Program-made: the position numbers and the translations under genes
The notes under the pieces: model-generated
What the model was told of the DNA's origin: nothing
Databases searched by the model: none
Seen by the model: only the letters and a program-made list of their open reading frames with translations
DNA from: a bacterium
Lineage (GTDB): Bacteria > SAR324 > NAC60-12
Length of the DNA stretch: 64,000 bases
Assembly (NCBI GenBank): GCA_965209155.1
Contig: OZ242383.1
Location: 3,360,001 to 3,424,000 of the forward strand
Direction of reading: 5' to 3'
In this document: positions 51,481 to 62,227 of the stretch, in pieces
Layout of the letters: each line of letters begins with the position of its first letter
Position numbering within the stretch: position 1 is the stretch's first letter

Positions 51481-52968
51481 TCAACGCTGGAAATCAGGGG
51501 GGTGCTGGGTATGGAAGTTGGTGAATTTCTGAATAGTCGCTGCCGTTGCGAGCAGGTGAGCGTCCTCAAATTTGCGCCCCAAAAGCTGCACGCCTATCGG
51601 TAACCCTTCGCGGGAGAGTTTAGCAGGAATTGAAATAGCGGGGGTGCGGGTCAAATTGGCCAGGACACTGTATACGTCCGCCAAATACATCAATAGCGGA
51701 TCCTCCGTTTTCTCTCCGAGTTTGAATGCAGGGAACGGTGAGACCGGCCCTATAATATAATCAAACTCTTGGAGCAGCGTCTCTACTTTCCTCTCAATCA
51801 TGCTCCTCATTTTGCTGGCTTTGCCATAATATTGATCGTAATAACCGGCGCTCAGGACGAATGTCCCCAACATGATCCGCCGTTTCACTTCGTCACCGAA
51901 TCCGTGGCTGCGTGATTGTTTGTAGAGAGATTCCAAGGTGTCACTCTGCCGATCTCTCAGTCCGTAGCGGATGCCGTCGAATCGTCCGAGATTGGAGCTT
52001 GCTTCCGCAAATGCCAGAATATAGTAAGTGGGAATCAGATATCGAGTTAAGGGAAATGATCGTTCTTCTACCACCGCGCCATTATCTTTCAAGAAACTCA
52101 CCATTTCCTGGGTACTTTCATTAACCTCTGCGCTGACCGTTGCTTCGTCCATGTATTCTCTGGGAAAGCAAATCTTCAATTGGGAGAGATCAATAGATTC
52201 AGGGGATGGTATGGCTTCGGTCCTCGCAGACGTGCTGTCTCTGGAGTCATAACCCTGGATGACAGAAAGTCCGTAAGCGCAGTCTTCCGCACTCCGTCCC
52301 AAGCATCCAATTTGATCCAATGAAGAACCATAGGCCACTAGTCCGTATCGAGAGACTCTTCCATAGGTGGGTTTGAAACCCGTTATTCCACAAAAGGCTG
52401 CCGGTTGTCGAATGGATCCACCTGTATCGGACCCCAAAGCTAACAGGGACATACCCGTCGCAATCGATACTGCCGATCCTCCACTGCTCCCTCCCGGCAC
52501 CTTTTCCACGTTCCAAGGGTTCCTGGTGGGAAGAAATGCGGAATTTTCGGTGGAAGAACCCATAGCAAATTCATCCATATTGGTCTTGCCTATGATCAAT
52601 GCATCTTCCTGGAGTAACTTTTCCACGACTGTTGCATTGAAAGGCGCTTGAAAGTTTTCCAAAATCCGTGAGCCGCAGGTCGTTTTCAGTTGTGAATCCT
52701 GAACGACAATGTTGTCCTTCAGAGCTACCGGAATTCCTGCGAGTTTTCCCAAAGGCTCTTCTTTGTCGGCTTTCTCGTCTATTGATTCTGCCCACTGCAT
52801 CGCCCGGCTTCTATCCACCAGGGAAAGGAAGACATTCAGTTGGCCGTTATAGCGTTCTATATTGTCATAAATTAACATCATGACGTCACGAGCCTTGATT
52901 TGTCGGTTCTTGATCCGTTCAACCAACCGCTCCAACGACAATCCAACAATCGCTTGCAAGGGCTTCAC
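51481..52968 (-). CDS. gatA: Asp/Glu-tRNA amidotransferase subunit A
   Basis: MDEFAMGSSTE, SDTGGSIRQPA and EVKRRIMLGTFVLSAGYY motifs. Confidence 0.96.
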   Translation of the reverse strand: MKPLQAIVGLSLERLVERIKNRQIKARDVMMLIYDNIERYNGQLNVFLSLVDRSRAMQWAESIDEKADKEEPLGKLAGIPVALKDNIVVQDSQLKTTCGSRILENFQAPFNATVVEKLLQEDALIIGKTNMDEFAMGSSTENSAFLPTRNPWNVEKVPGGSSGGSAVSIATGMSLLALGSDTGGSIRQPAAFCGITGFKPTYGRVSRYGLVAYGSSLDQIGCLGRSAEDCAYGLSVIQGYDSRDSTSARTEAIPSPESIDLSQLKICFPREYMDEATVSAEVNESTQEMVSFLKDNGAVVEERSFPLTRYLIPTYYILAFAEASSNLGRFDGIRYGLRDRQSDTLESLYKQSRSHGFGDEVKRRIMLGTFVLSAGYYDQYYGKASKMRSMIERKVETLLQEFDYIIGPVSPFPAFKLGEKTEDPLLMYLADVYSVLANLTRTPAISIPAKLSREGLPIGVQLLGRKFEDAHLLATAATIQKFTNFHTQHPPDFQR

Positions 52969-53222
52969 ATTCCTTTCAGTTCGTTGACTTGGTCCACATA
53001 TTTTTGTTGCGCTTCTTGGCGGGACATTCCTTTCAATTGTTCCCAGGCATTGTATTTGGCACGCGCAACAAAATCCGCCATACTCGGCACCTCTCCGCTC
53101 ACGTCTCCCTCCATGCCTTGCTTGTATAAGCTGTACAACTTCAGGAGTGTTTCATTACTCGGACGTTCAGTTAGTTGCCTCGCTTCTGCAGCAGCCTTTT
53201 CAAATTCTTCTTGTAATGCCAC
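52965..53222 (-). CDS. Acyl-CoA-binding protein (ACBP)
   Basis: LLKLYSLYKQG.EGD, AKYNAW and KGMS motifs. Confidence 0.92.
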   Translation of the reverse strand: MALQEEFEKAAAEARQLTERPSNETLLKLYSLYKQGMEGDVSGEVPSMADFVARAKYNAWEQLKGMSRQEAQQKYVDQVNELKGM

Positions 53223-53767
53223 CTGTCCTTATCTCCTCATTTTTTTATTTATCAAAGAGGCACGCTCTGCCAGCGGAATTGCATACTGCTCTGAAATCTA
53301 TTCAATAAAAGTGTTATTTGAGAAGGGACCTTCATCATGAACACGATTCATATTCAATAATACCTGTCACTCTGGATATTATCCAGCTAGAAAATGGTAC
53401 AGATTCGACCGGTGGCTTGTCAAGTGGTTTTCAGACCCGGGAATCTTTTCAATGTTATTGAACGGAACGGCATCTGAGTGTCCCCGGATTTGAGCAGATT
53501 TATTGATTTTTTTGCGAATCCCGCATTTTTTTGCATTTGGGGGTTGACATCGCGCAAATAGTAGTAGTGCTAAAACCATGCCTTCACTAAGTTGTTTTAG
53601 TGAATGTTTATTCCTTACGATCTAAGATCCCAGGGTGCGCTACCGTTAAAGGGATTTCCGGATAAGGTCGAAGACTGATTCCCTTCTTTTTTTTCAAAGG
53701 AGGGAAAGCGTATTATATTTTGGAATATCCCCTTAACTGACGTACAACTGAAAGAAATAGACTTCCC

Positions 53768-54733
53768 GTGACTGAAGTAACAACTAAAAAGGTTTTCACG
53801 ATAGAGCAAAAAAGACGCTCGCGCTTGATGGAATTCTTCCGGAGGCTTGTCCGGGAACAGCCCTTGGGCACCGTGGGCGGCATCATCGTGCTGTTGCTGC
53901 TTTTCTGCGGCATCTTCGCTAATTTCCTGGCTCCCTATGGGATGAACGAAATTCACCTTCTGGACAGGTATGCTCCGCCTTCCGGGAAATACCTGCTGGG
54001 TGCCGACCAGCTGGGGCGAGACATCCTCAGTCGAATTATCTACGGGGCGCAAATTTCGGTGATCATTGGCCTCTCCGCAACCAGTATCAACCTGGTGGTT
54101 GCCCTGCTGACCGGCGCGACGACCGGGTTCTTCGGCGGCAAGGTCGATATCGTGGTGCAGCGGTTTGTCGATGCCTGGATGGCCTTCCCCGGGCTGCTCA
54201 TTCTGATCACGGTGATGTCGTTGGTCGGTCAGGGCCAGCTGCAAATCATCCTGGTCCTGGGTATTGCCGGCGGTATCAGCGGTTCGAGAATCGCGCGAAG
54301 CGCAGTCATCGGCATCAAGGAAAATGTGTATTTTCTGGCCGCGAAGGCCGTAGGCGTCCCCATGTACCAAATTCTCTTCCGGCATGTGCTGCCCAACATC
54401 ATGGCAACCATGATCGTCATTTTTACCGTGACCATTGGCGACGTGATCATTGCCGAGGCCTCCATGAGCTTCCTCGGTCTCGGGCTGCTTCCCGATGTGG
54501 CCAGTTGGGGTGGGATGCTCAGTTGGGAAGGAGGCCGCTACATGGAGAGGGTCCCGGCGCTGGCGCTCTGGCCCGGGCTTTCCCTATTCATCGTTGTCTG
54601 GGGCATCAACATGTTCGGCGACGCGCTCAGAGACCTGCTCGACCCCAGCCTGAGGAGCGGTGGCGGGCGCTATGGTGCCACGAAGGGGAAACGAAAACGA
54701 GGGTTCTTTGCCAGATTTTTCAGTAAAAAATAG
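53768..54733 (+). CDS. Orphan ABC transporter permease (DppC-like)
   Basis: GADQLGRD, EASMSFLGLG and GDALRDLLDP motifs; visibly GC-rich. Confidence 0.9.
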   Translation: MTEVTTKKVFTIEQKRRSRLMEFFRRLVREQPLGTVGGIIVLLLLFCGIFANFLAPYGMNEIHLLDRYAPPSGKYLLGADQLGRDILSRIIYGAQISVIIGLSATSINLVVALLTGATTGFFGGKVDIVVQRFVDAWMAFPGLLILITVMSLVGQGQLQIILVLGIAGGISGSRIARSAVIGIKENVYFLAAKAVGVPMYQILFRHVLPNIMATMIVIFTVTIGDVIIAEASMSFLGLGLLPDVASWGGMLSWEGGRYMERVPALALWPGLSLFIVVWGINMFGDALRDLLDPSLRSGGGRYGATKGKRKRGFFARFFSKK

Positions 54734-54795
54734 GTCGAGTTTTTGTTTTAACCCTATCAGATAGTCTTGTTAACCATCCAGAAAGAGAAATTATT

Positions 54796-55653
54796 ATGCT
54801 TAATATTGAACCAACCTACGCAACCCTGGGCGCCGTGGTCACCGGCATTGACCTCTCCTCACTCGAAGATACCACCTGGAGCAAGATTGAGGCGGCCTTT
54901 CACGAGTATGGGGTTTTGATTTTCCCAGAGCAGCATCTCTCGGTAGAAGCGCAGGTGGCATTTACCTCAAGATTCGGAGAGATTGAACTCATGGGGAACC
55001 ATTACGACGAGAAATTCGTCTGGGTCAGTAACCAGCGGAAGGATGGAACCTTTTACGAAAAGAGCACACGTGAGTCATTAGGGTCGATCGCTAACGAAGG
55101 TTGGCATACCGATAGCTCCTACATGAGGCTCTCCGCCAAGGCGTCATTGCTCTCAGCCCACGTTGTCCCCTCGCAAGGGGGTCAGACCGAATTCGCTGAT
55201 ATGCGGGCGGCCTACGATGCCCTGGACGACGCCACCAAAGCACAAATTGCCAATCTGTCCGCCTACCATTCGCTTTTCCAATCCCAAGCCAGGGCCGGTC
55301 TTGTTATGAAAATCGGGGATGGCTACGGATATGAGGACAAAGTCCCCCCCTTGAGACCCCTGGTTAAGGTCCATCCGGTGACCAATCGTCCCGCACATTT
55401 TATCGGCCGTCATGCTTATGAAATCCCTGGACTCGAACCGGAAGCGGGCGAGAAACTGCTTGCCGATCTGACAACTTTCGCCTGCCAGGCTCCACGGACC
55501 TACCAGCACAATTGGCAGCCTGGAGACATCGTCATCTGGGACAACCGCTGCGTGCTCCACCGAGCCTGCCCCTACGATCGAAACGAACCCAGGACCATGC
55601 TCACGACTCGGGTGGCAGGTGACCCCGCCACCGAGTTTGCTCTCAATGCTTAA
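54796..55653 (+). CDS. TauD/TfdA family Fe(II)/2OG dioxygenase
   Basis: WHTD, GGQTEFADMR and WDNRCVLHRA motifs. Confidence 0.92.
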   Translation: MLNIEPTYATLGAVVTGIDLSSLEDTTWSKIEAAFHEYGVLIFPEQHLSVEAQVAFTSRFGEIELMGNHYDEKFVWVSNQRKDGTFYEKSTRESLGSIANEGWHTDSSYMRLSAKASLLSAHVVPSQGGQTEFADMRAAYDALDDATKAQIANLSAYHSLFQSQARAGLVMKIGDGYGYEDKVPPLRPLVKVHPVTNRPAHFIGRHAYEIPGLEPEAGEKLLADLTTFACQAPRTYQHNWQPGDIVIWDNRCVLHRACPYDRNEPRTMLTTRVAGDPATEFALNA

Positions 55654-55756
55654 GTAGCAAGGCCATACGTTTGCATTTCATCGGATGGAAGCGTTCACTC
55701 AAAACGTGGTCTTCCGACAAATCTATCCGGATCCGCAGGGATTTTCGGGTCCACTA

Positions 55757-55995
55757 TACCGGCAATTAAAAAGGAAATCTGGATGCAAAATACAAGGGAT
55801 ATCGATGTATATTGTTTTTATTGTCAATAAATGGCTTATGGGCGCTCATAACCGTGCGATAGAGATGCTTATATTTGTCGGTGAACACTTTAAGACTTTT
55901 AGCCTGAGTGACCCAGCCGGATTTGACTTCAATCGGTAATACGGCCTCACCCCCTCATAAACTCAACCTCGGCTGTTCTTTCTCTCCAGCTATAC
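55757..55995 (-). pseudogene. C-terminal remnant of an AAA+ ATPase / DUF4143-type gene
   Basis: Minus strand reads YSWRERTAEVE...VLPIEVKSG...SLKVF...YPLY with a disruption; boundaries approximate. Confidence 0.55.
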
Positions 55996-56054
55996 ACATC
56001 TTTTACGCCTGAACAGACGAATTCCTGTGCGACATAATTCTCGGCATAATATCC

Positions 56055-56249
56055 CTATTTTTTTCCAAAAGACTCAACAGATTTTTGAAGTCTGGGCTCG
56101 TTAGCATTGATTTCCTTTATGATCAGTGAATCTAATATCATCTCCAGTGCAGCCTGAAAAATCGCTGCTTCCCCTTGTGCCTGCCAAAAGACAATATCAA
56201 ATTGCTCATCTTCCCCAAGTTTTTGATACGATTCAAGTATTTCTGTCAT
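56055..56249 (-). CDS. Small hypothetical protein, overlapped by a truncated nucleotidyltransferase-like start at 56107 (MLTSPDFKNLLSLL)
   Basis: GGAGG RBS and ATG at 56249; FW...RLQKSV pattern resembles small partners of such NTases. Confidence 0.45.
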   Translation of the reverse strand: MTEILESYQKLGEDEQFDIVFWQAQGEAAIFQAALEMILDSLIIKEINANEPRLQKSVESFGKK

Positions 56250-56809
56250 GCAACCTCCTTTTTCGACCGGACGATAGGGTTTAGCCGCTGTTGGAAGCGG
56301 GAGCATCGACGGCGCATACGCTGTAGTCAGTCAGCTTATACAGTCTTGATACCTAACAAGGATGACACCGGATGCACAACTCAAAAAAGATATTTGTATC
56401 GAATCAGAAGAAACACAATCCGGGCGAAGAGAAAGAAAACTCAACACAAATTTCCCTTTACACCCTCATTTTCAATTGGTAAGGTCTTCAGAAAAATTTT
56501 TATTTTCCTACTATAAAGGCATCAGTCAAGAGAATAATGAATAAATTTCTAACCAGCCTACTATTCGTGGTCCCAAAGGCCAACATGTTACTTTTTCGAA
56601 GTGGATTGAAAAAAATTGGAGTTGTCACACAATGGGGATAAATCTACGACAATTTTTATTCATCATAAAGAAGCTCAAAATGAGAAACTAACCACTTTTT
56701 CGCTTGAAACCCTGTATCGCCAGCCCGCTGGATTCCCGCTTGTGTGGGGAAAACCAAGTGTGTTACAATCTTGTGTGTCAGAACAATTATCATTTAGAAA
56801 GGGAGACTC

Positions 56810-57721
56810 ATGACTGATTTTAAAGCAATCGCCTCCTCGCTCGAGGAACGGGGCTTCTGCGTTGTCCCGGAATTCCTCAGCCGTGATGAGATCGACTTCC
56901 TCGTGGAAGAATTCGATGCCAGCCCAGACTATTCCCCGCAAACGAAAAATATGCATAACACGCGGCACCTCGGCGACGAGCCAATTGCCGGTCAAACCGG
57001 AGCGCTGCGTTCTAACGCGATGGGACGAAAAGAAACCTTCCAGAGAATAGGTCCGTGGATGGAAGCCTTCGCCCAGGGAATCACCGGAGCCAGGGCCGCG
57101 CTCTATCAAATCCTCTATCTCCAGACTCCGGTAACCAGTCTTTCCTTTCATCAGGATTTCGATCATTTTTACCTGACGGAATACAATCGGACTCATCTCA
57201 ATTTCTGGATTCCATTGGTCAAGCCTTACCCCACCGAGGCGGGACTGCGCCTGATTCCCTGGGATCGGCTTGGTGAAAAGTCGTCGCGACTCTTCAACCT
57301 CTGTCGGCGCTCGGGCGCGAGTAGATTTTACTCACTTCGTGACGGGGGAACCTTGTATATTTCCGACTGGAGCGGAGTCCACTACCTCGAGGAGAACCTC
57401 GAAATCGAGGAGGTCATGGAGACTCCGGCAGTGGGACCTGGCGACCTGTTGCTGCTGCGCGTCAACACCATCCATGCGACGCAGACGACCAACGATCGGC
57501 GCCTCGCGGTATCGTTGCGCACCTGCGATCCGGAGACGCCGATCGACTGGCATCGGGTGGCAGGCAGTCCCACCATGGCAATGATGCAACGTCTCGGAGG
57601 GGAAAAGGGGGGAACGGGTCCCAACAAGTTGTTTTTCCCGGTCTTTCAACACGTCCAGGAAAACGACTTCGGCATCACCCTGGAGGACATTGTACCGACC
57701 CTGACTGGCGAGCGCGAGTAG
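56810..57721 (+). CDS. Divergent PhyH-like Fe(II)/2OG oxygenase
   Basis: FHQD, NFWIPL, PGDLL...IHAT...RLAVS motifs. Confidence 0.7.
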   Translation: MTDFKAIASSLEERGFCVVPEFLSRDEIDFLVEEFDASPDYSPQTKNMHNTRHLGDEPIAGQTGALRSNAMGRKETFQRIGPWMEAFAQGITGARAALYQILYLQTPVTSLSFHQDFDHFYLTEYNRTHLNFWIPLVKPYPTEAGLRLIPWDRLGEKSSRLFNLCRRSGASRFYSLRDGGTLYISDWSGVHYLEENLEIEEVMETPAVGPGDLLLLRVNTIHATQTTNDRRLAVSLRTCDPETPIDWHRVAGSPTMAMMQRLGGEKGGTGPNKLFFPVFQHVQENDFGITLEDIVPTLTGERE

Positions 57722-57993
57722 ATGAACAGAGCAATAATTTGAAAAATATTTGATCCATCTGAAACGTAGAGCCTTTAGTGTGTTAGCCACCTGTTGTGCC
57801 GGGGGAAAGCACTAACATATGAAAACCCTCCCATGGGATAGTGTGGTTTTTGGACTTTCACTCCCAAACGCATTTTTTGGCGAAACTTATTGAGATTCTG
57901 AGTTCGATTACCCTGATATTTACGATACACAGAGTAATCGGAGGATCTCCCTTGTCATTGCCGGAAGTCTCTGATTCTCCCGCGGCTAACATT

Positions 57994-58218
57994 TCAGTTA
58001 AGCTGTTTTGCAAGATTATGGAGCGAGGCAAGCCCCATCTTTATATTGATTCCTGGAAGATGTTTGTAGTGCTTATCATTACCAGTTATCAAAGGCATTT
58101 GTTGAACAATGGAAGTGGCTCCAATCAGGGCATCGGCAAGTTCCATTGAATGACTCAAAGCGTATTGTTCGACAAAGAACATGGCTTTCGTTGAAATCAT
58201 TTCATCGATTTGAAGGAC
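57994..58218 (-). pseudogene. 3' half of a PIN-domain (VapC) toxin gene, truncated at an IS200 end
   Basis: LADALIGAT...LITGNDKHY motif; 5' part absent beyond the IS. Confidence 0.75.
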
Positions 58219-58224
58219 TTTAAT

Positions 58225-58620
58225 GTCTCATAAATGGTCTAAATCCTCCGTCTTCCAGACGGAAAGAGAGCTTCAGTCAAAATTAGAATCGCATTGAGAT
58301 TTCCCATGAATTCCCCCTCATGTGAGTGTCAGTGATTTTGTACAAAAAGCCAAAGGGCGGAGTTCGCGAAAAATTCAAATGGAATTCCAACCGATTTTGA
58401 AAAATCGCTATTGGGGCCGACCTTTCTGGGCGCGAGGATTTTTTAGTGCGACCCGTGGTAATGTGACTGATGAAATGATTTATGAATATATCAACAATCA
58501 CTCTGATGCCCATCAACCGGATCACATTGACAATATCCGGCTCGAATGATAGCTTTAGCTGAATGTTGGGCTTATAGCCCTTTGCGTAAATCCTTCAGCT
58601 TCAGCTGAGGGTGGTTTAAT
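58225..58620 (+). mobile_element. Internally deleted IS200/IS605 copy
   Basis: Same ends as 62228-62847 but lacks ~220 bp including the tnpA start and HUH region. Confidence 0.88.
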
Positions 58621-58646
58621 TTTCCTAAATAGACCTTGAGGTTAAT

Positions 58647-59819
58647 ATGAGTAGAGAGTATTCATCAATAGAAAAGACGGTACTGGTGGATTATGGAACC
58701 GAAGAATCAGCCATGGTTCGTTACCGGGAGGAGGGCACCCAACGTGCTTTGGCACTCGACAACCGAGGAGCGATCCGTTTTGATGAAGACGGTCGTCTCG
58801 ATCCGGCCATCCTGCAATCCTATTCACGCAACGGGTTCTATATTTTCGACGAGGTGCTCAAAGAAGAGGAACTCCAGGACATCGAACAAGATCTGACCGA
58901 TCTGCTGGACCAGGCTCCGGTCACCAAAGATTCGCAAGTGGATCATAAAGGACGCCCAGCTTTCAATGCAGCTTGCCAATTGCAAGAAATTAGTTGGGTC
59001 AAACCCCTTTCCGATGAGGTTGGCGGAACCAGCAAAATGCATGGTCGTCATCCGGCAAAGATGTTTGAACCCGTGCCCCCGGAAGATGCCCCGGAGTTTG
59101 TGTTACAATTCATCAATGGTTCCTTGCAGTTTTCTGAAACCTGCCTACACGTTTATGGGCATCCCCAACTCCTTGCCATTGCTGAAGCGATCAACGGTGA
59201 GGATTTCACCCCATTCAATGAGGGGCTGTGGATCAAGTATCCCAGGCTGGGGGGTTCCGTCGCCTGGCACCAGGATGGCGTCACCCATTGGGACAACCCC
59301 GATCTCGATGAAAACACCCACGGTTTCAATTTCATGGCACAACTTTATGGATGCAATGCCGCAAACGGCGTCTGGGTGGTACCGGGATCTCATCGGCAAG
59401 GCAAGGTAGACATCAAAGCCAGGGTGAAGGAAGCGGGGTCGGACCGTCTGCCCGATGCTGTGCCGCTGATCTGCAATCCAGGGGATATCGTCATCTGCAA
59501 TCGTCAGATCCTTCATGGCTCCTTCGCGAACACCAGCCCCGACTTTCGCGTTACCATCAACTTCGGTTTCCATCGGCGTCAGTCGGTGTTGGATGTGCCC
59601 AGTAAAGTGCAGGCCAATCCTGATGCTATCTACGATGCAGCCTATATCCGTGAGCGTTCGCGGTTGATCATGTATGCCATCGACGCCCGGCGAAAAAAAT
59701 ATCCGGAGGAATCCCCTTTTGTGTACAAACCTTTTGCAGGACAAGAGGAAGCCTATCGCTGGACCCCCAAAGCAAAAGCGGGGCTCATAGACTACCAGCT
59801 ACAGGATCTCCGGATCTAG
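58647..59819 (+). CDS. PhyH family dioxygenase (long form)
   Basis: AWHQDG, VPGSH and LHGSFAN...R motifs. Confidence 0.85.
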   Translation: MSREYSSIEKTVLVDYGTEESAMVRYREEGTQRALALDNRGAIRFDEDGRLDPAILQSYSRNGFYIFDEVLKEEELQDIEQDLTDLLDQAPVTKDSQVDHKGRPAFNAACQLQEISWVKPLSDEVGGTSKMHGRHPAKMFEPVPPEDAPEFVLQFINGSLQFSETCLHVYGHPQLLAIAEAINGEDFTPFNEGLWIKYPRLGGSVAWHQDGVTHWDNPDLDENTHGFNFMAQLYGCNAANGVWVVPGSHRQGKVDIKARVKEAGSDRLPDAVPLICNPGDIVICNRQILHGSFANTSPDFRVTINFGFHRRQSVLDVPSKVQANPDAIYDAAYIRERSRLIMYAIDARRKKYPEESPFVYKPFAGQEEAYRWTPKAKAGLIDYQLQDLRI

Positions 59820-60320
59820 CCAACGACCTGTTTTGATTTTCACACGGGCAGTTCTGACAGCGTATTATGCAGTTGATGACACAAATGGCAGGAAAGATTA
59901 TCACCCATCACTTGCTTGTCATAGAAGCTTTGGTGTAATGTAAATGAGTTTGTGAAAAGTAGTGGTTCTGTATACCAATGTCTTGCTGGTTTCAGTGTCT
60001 TCTTTATCTCCTTATCATTCAAAAGCCCCTGCCATAGGGGGCATCTCCAAGAGTTTTGACATTAGAGGAGTTACATCAAGACCACCCCACTATTTGGACG
60101 GATTTTGTTTGGAGCTGTAGTGAACCCATCAAGTGACTTGGTAAGGTTTGATTTTTCCATTTTTTTTTTCGTAAGAGAGATCACAAACGATTTTTTAAAC
60201 TCAGAATATCACGAAACGGCCAAGTGGTGATCTGATCACTAACAGCGTATTGATGGTCTCTTGGATAGACAATAAAAAGGTGTTTCAACTTCAGATCATC
60301 TAGAGCGATGTTCATGGATT

Positions 60321-60806
60321 TTGTCACTTAAGGATCTAAAACGACTGGTGAAAAGGGGATTGATACGGGAGGATTTCTTCTACCGCATCCACATTATTCC
60401 CATGCACTTGCCGCCTCTCAGGGAACGTAAAGAGGATATCCCCCTTTTGATCGAGCATTTTATGCAAAACTACCCTTCCTCAAAGAACCTGCCCAAAATC
60501 ACTGTTGCTGTCATGGAAGTTCTGACCTCCTATGATTGGCCGGGAATCGTCAGGGAACTGATCAATACCATGCATCGCTACCTGACGCTCAAGAAACTCG
60601 ACATCCTCGATACCTCTTTCATCGATGCCAGCCAAACAGAACCACCAGTCTCGGTTGAGGAGCGTGAAACCAATAAATCCTTGGATGCCACTGTGAAGCG
60701 ATTCGAAAAACTGTATTTGATCAAGGTGCTGGAAGAAACAACTGGCACCAGGGCAACATTTCAGCCCTCCTGGGGGTTGATCGTAAAACATTGTATCGAA
60801 AAATAG
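60321..60806 (+). pseudogene. Fragment of a sigma54-dependent activator
   Basis: REDFFYRI, LPPLRER and DWPG.VREL present; N-terminus and GAFTGA absent; Fis-type HTH (LLGVDRKTLYRK) is out of frame. Confidence 0.8.
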
Positions 60807-60914
60807 TCCAATACCTTCTCAAACCTTCATAAAGAGAAGATGGTTTTGATGGGCCCCTTAAAACGCGAAGTGGTGACGCCGAGAGAAAGCCGTCTCGGGG
60901 AATCCCAAAGGAGG

Positions 60915-61928
60915 TTATGAAGATCGCTTCGGGAAACCATCAAATACTTCCTCAAGACTAGAAGCATCAAGGATTCGTTCTGCTAACGATTCTAATTCGG
61001 AGACGGGCAAGCCTGCAAGTATCCTTTGCTGTGATTCGGTGAGCGGGCCAAATTTTTTCTCCAGAAGTTTGACAACGAGTTGTAGGGCTTCTTGCTGGAC
61101 ACCTTGTTGGACACCTTGTTGGACACCTTGCTGGACACCTTGCTGAAGGCCTTCTTGTCTTAATTGTTCGGCAATGGTCATGATTACCTCTTGTGCTTTT
61201 TCAGAAACAAGTTGTTCTTGGATTTGAGGAATCACAATGGCTTTCTCTAAATGAGGACTCCCTTGGAATAAATAATATAGCACAGTTTCTAGAGATTCCA
61301 ATCCCGTTTCTTTTTGAGCGAACTCGTTGAGTAAAGGCAAAATGGTTTCGATCAGGTATTCCTGGAGATCCGGGGAATCGATATGCTTCATGAGCAAAAG
61401 TGCCACTCTCAATAACAGTTGACCTTTGATTTCCTCATCAGACAATTTAGATAAATCCATCAGGCTATAGGTAAAATTGGGAACGTAGGGTTTTAAGGCA
61501 TGAGGAACTTCAAGAAATTCATGAAAGCTCAAGCTCACCTTCCATGACGTTGCTCCCTGGTAGAGCACCATCGGGAAGATCAACGGGATCGGTTCTTTGG
61601 GATACTGTTTTTTATGCTGTTCCCAGATATTGACCATGTAGACTAAAAGACGAAAAGGCATATCAGGATGAGGACGCCGTTGGTGTTCTAAATGCAGATA
61701 GAAATAGCCCTTGAAACCGGAGAAGCGGGTTTCATAGAGCAAATCGCTGCGTCGATTACGCAATGCTTTTTGTACAAAATCCCCAGGGGCCAAATGCATG
61801 ATGGACCAATCCATTGATTCTTTGACATTGACTGGAAGATATTCTTCGAAAAAGGAGCGCGCAGTCTGAAGATTACTGAACTGCTGGAGAAAAAAATTGT
61901 TATGAATCGGGGCTTTCGTTATGGCCAT
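60915..61928 (-). CDS. Rpn/YhgA-like PD-(D/E)XK nuclease with C-terminal DUF4351-like domain
   Basis: RSDLLY, HLEHQ, MPFRLL.Y and MTIAEQL motifs; QQGV repeats. Confidence 0.9.
   Translation of the reverse strand: MAITKAPIHNNFFLQQFSNLQTARSFFEEYLPVNVKESMDWSIMHLAPGDFVQKALRNRRSDLLYETRFSGFKGYFYLHLEHQRRPHPDMPFRLLVYMVNIWEQHKKQYPKEPIPLIFPMVLYQGATSWKVSLSFHEFLEVPHALKPYVPNFTYSLMDLSKLSDEEIKGQLLLRVALLLMKHIDSPDLQEYLIETILPLLNEFAQKETGLESLETVLYYLFQGSPHLEKAIVIPQIQEQLVSEKAQEVIMTIAEQLRQEGLQQGVQQGVQQGVQQGVQQEALQLVVKLLEKKFGPLTESQQRILAGLPVSELESLAERILDASSLEEVFDGFPKRSS
61090..61150. repeat. 12-bp tandem repeat encoding QQG(V/L)
   Basis: CCTTG(C/T)TGGACA units within the rpn gene. Confidence 0.85.
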
Positions 61929-62227
61929 GAGCGGATTCCTCTGGCGGTTGCGATCCTCTTTATAGGACCAAAGCCGACCCTTTGTCAACCTTGGCTCGCC
62001 ACAAAGCTAAATCTTGTGTTTTTCAAAGTATCCAAATGCTGTTCAAATGAATTCCCCATTTCAAGGGCATCGAAAATGTTTCCATCGAGCACGTGCACGT
62101 GCACGATGACGAACCCGAGCACGTTTCTGCAAAAGCCGATTGTCTCTGACCCCACCCAAAGGACATGATTTCATTCAGATAAAATCGAATAGGGCATATC
62201 TGCCCCAATCTAGGATTAGTGTTTAAT

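Noticed and set aside
53625..53712. Cobalamin or TPP riboswitch upstream of the orphan permease
   Set aside because: Only loose fragments match (GGTGC, TTAAAGGGA, GGAGGGAA); core motifs such as the B12 box or CTGAGA are absent
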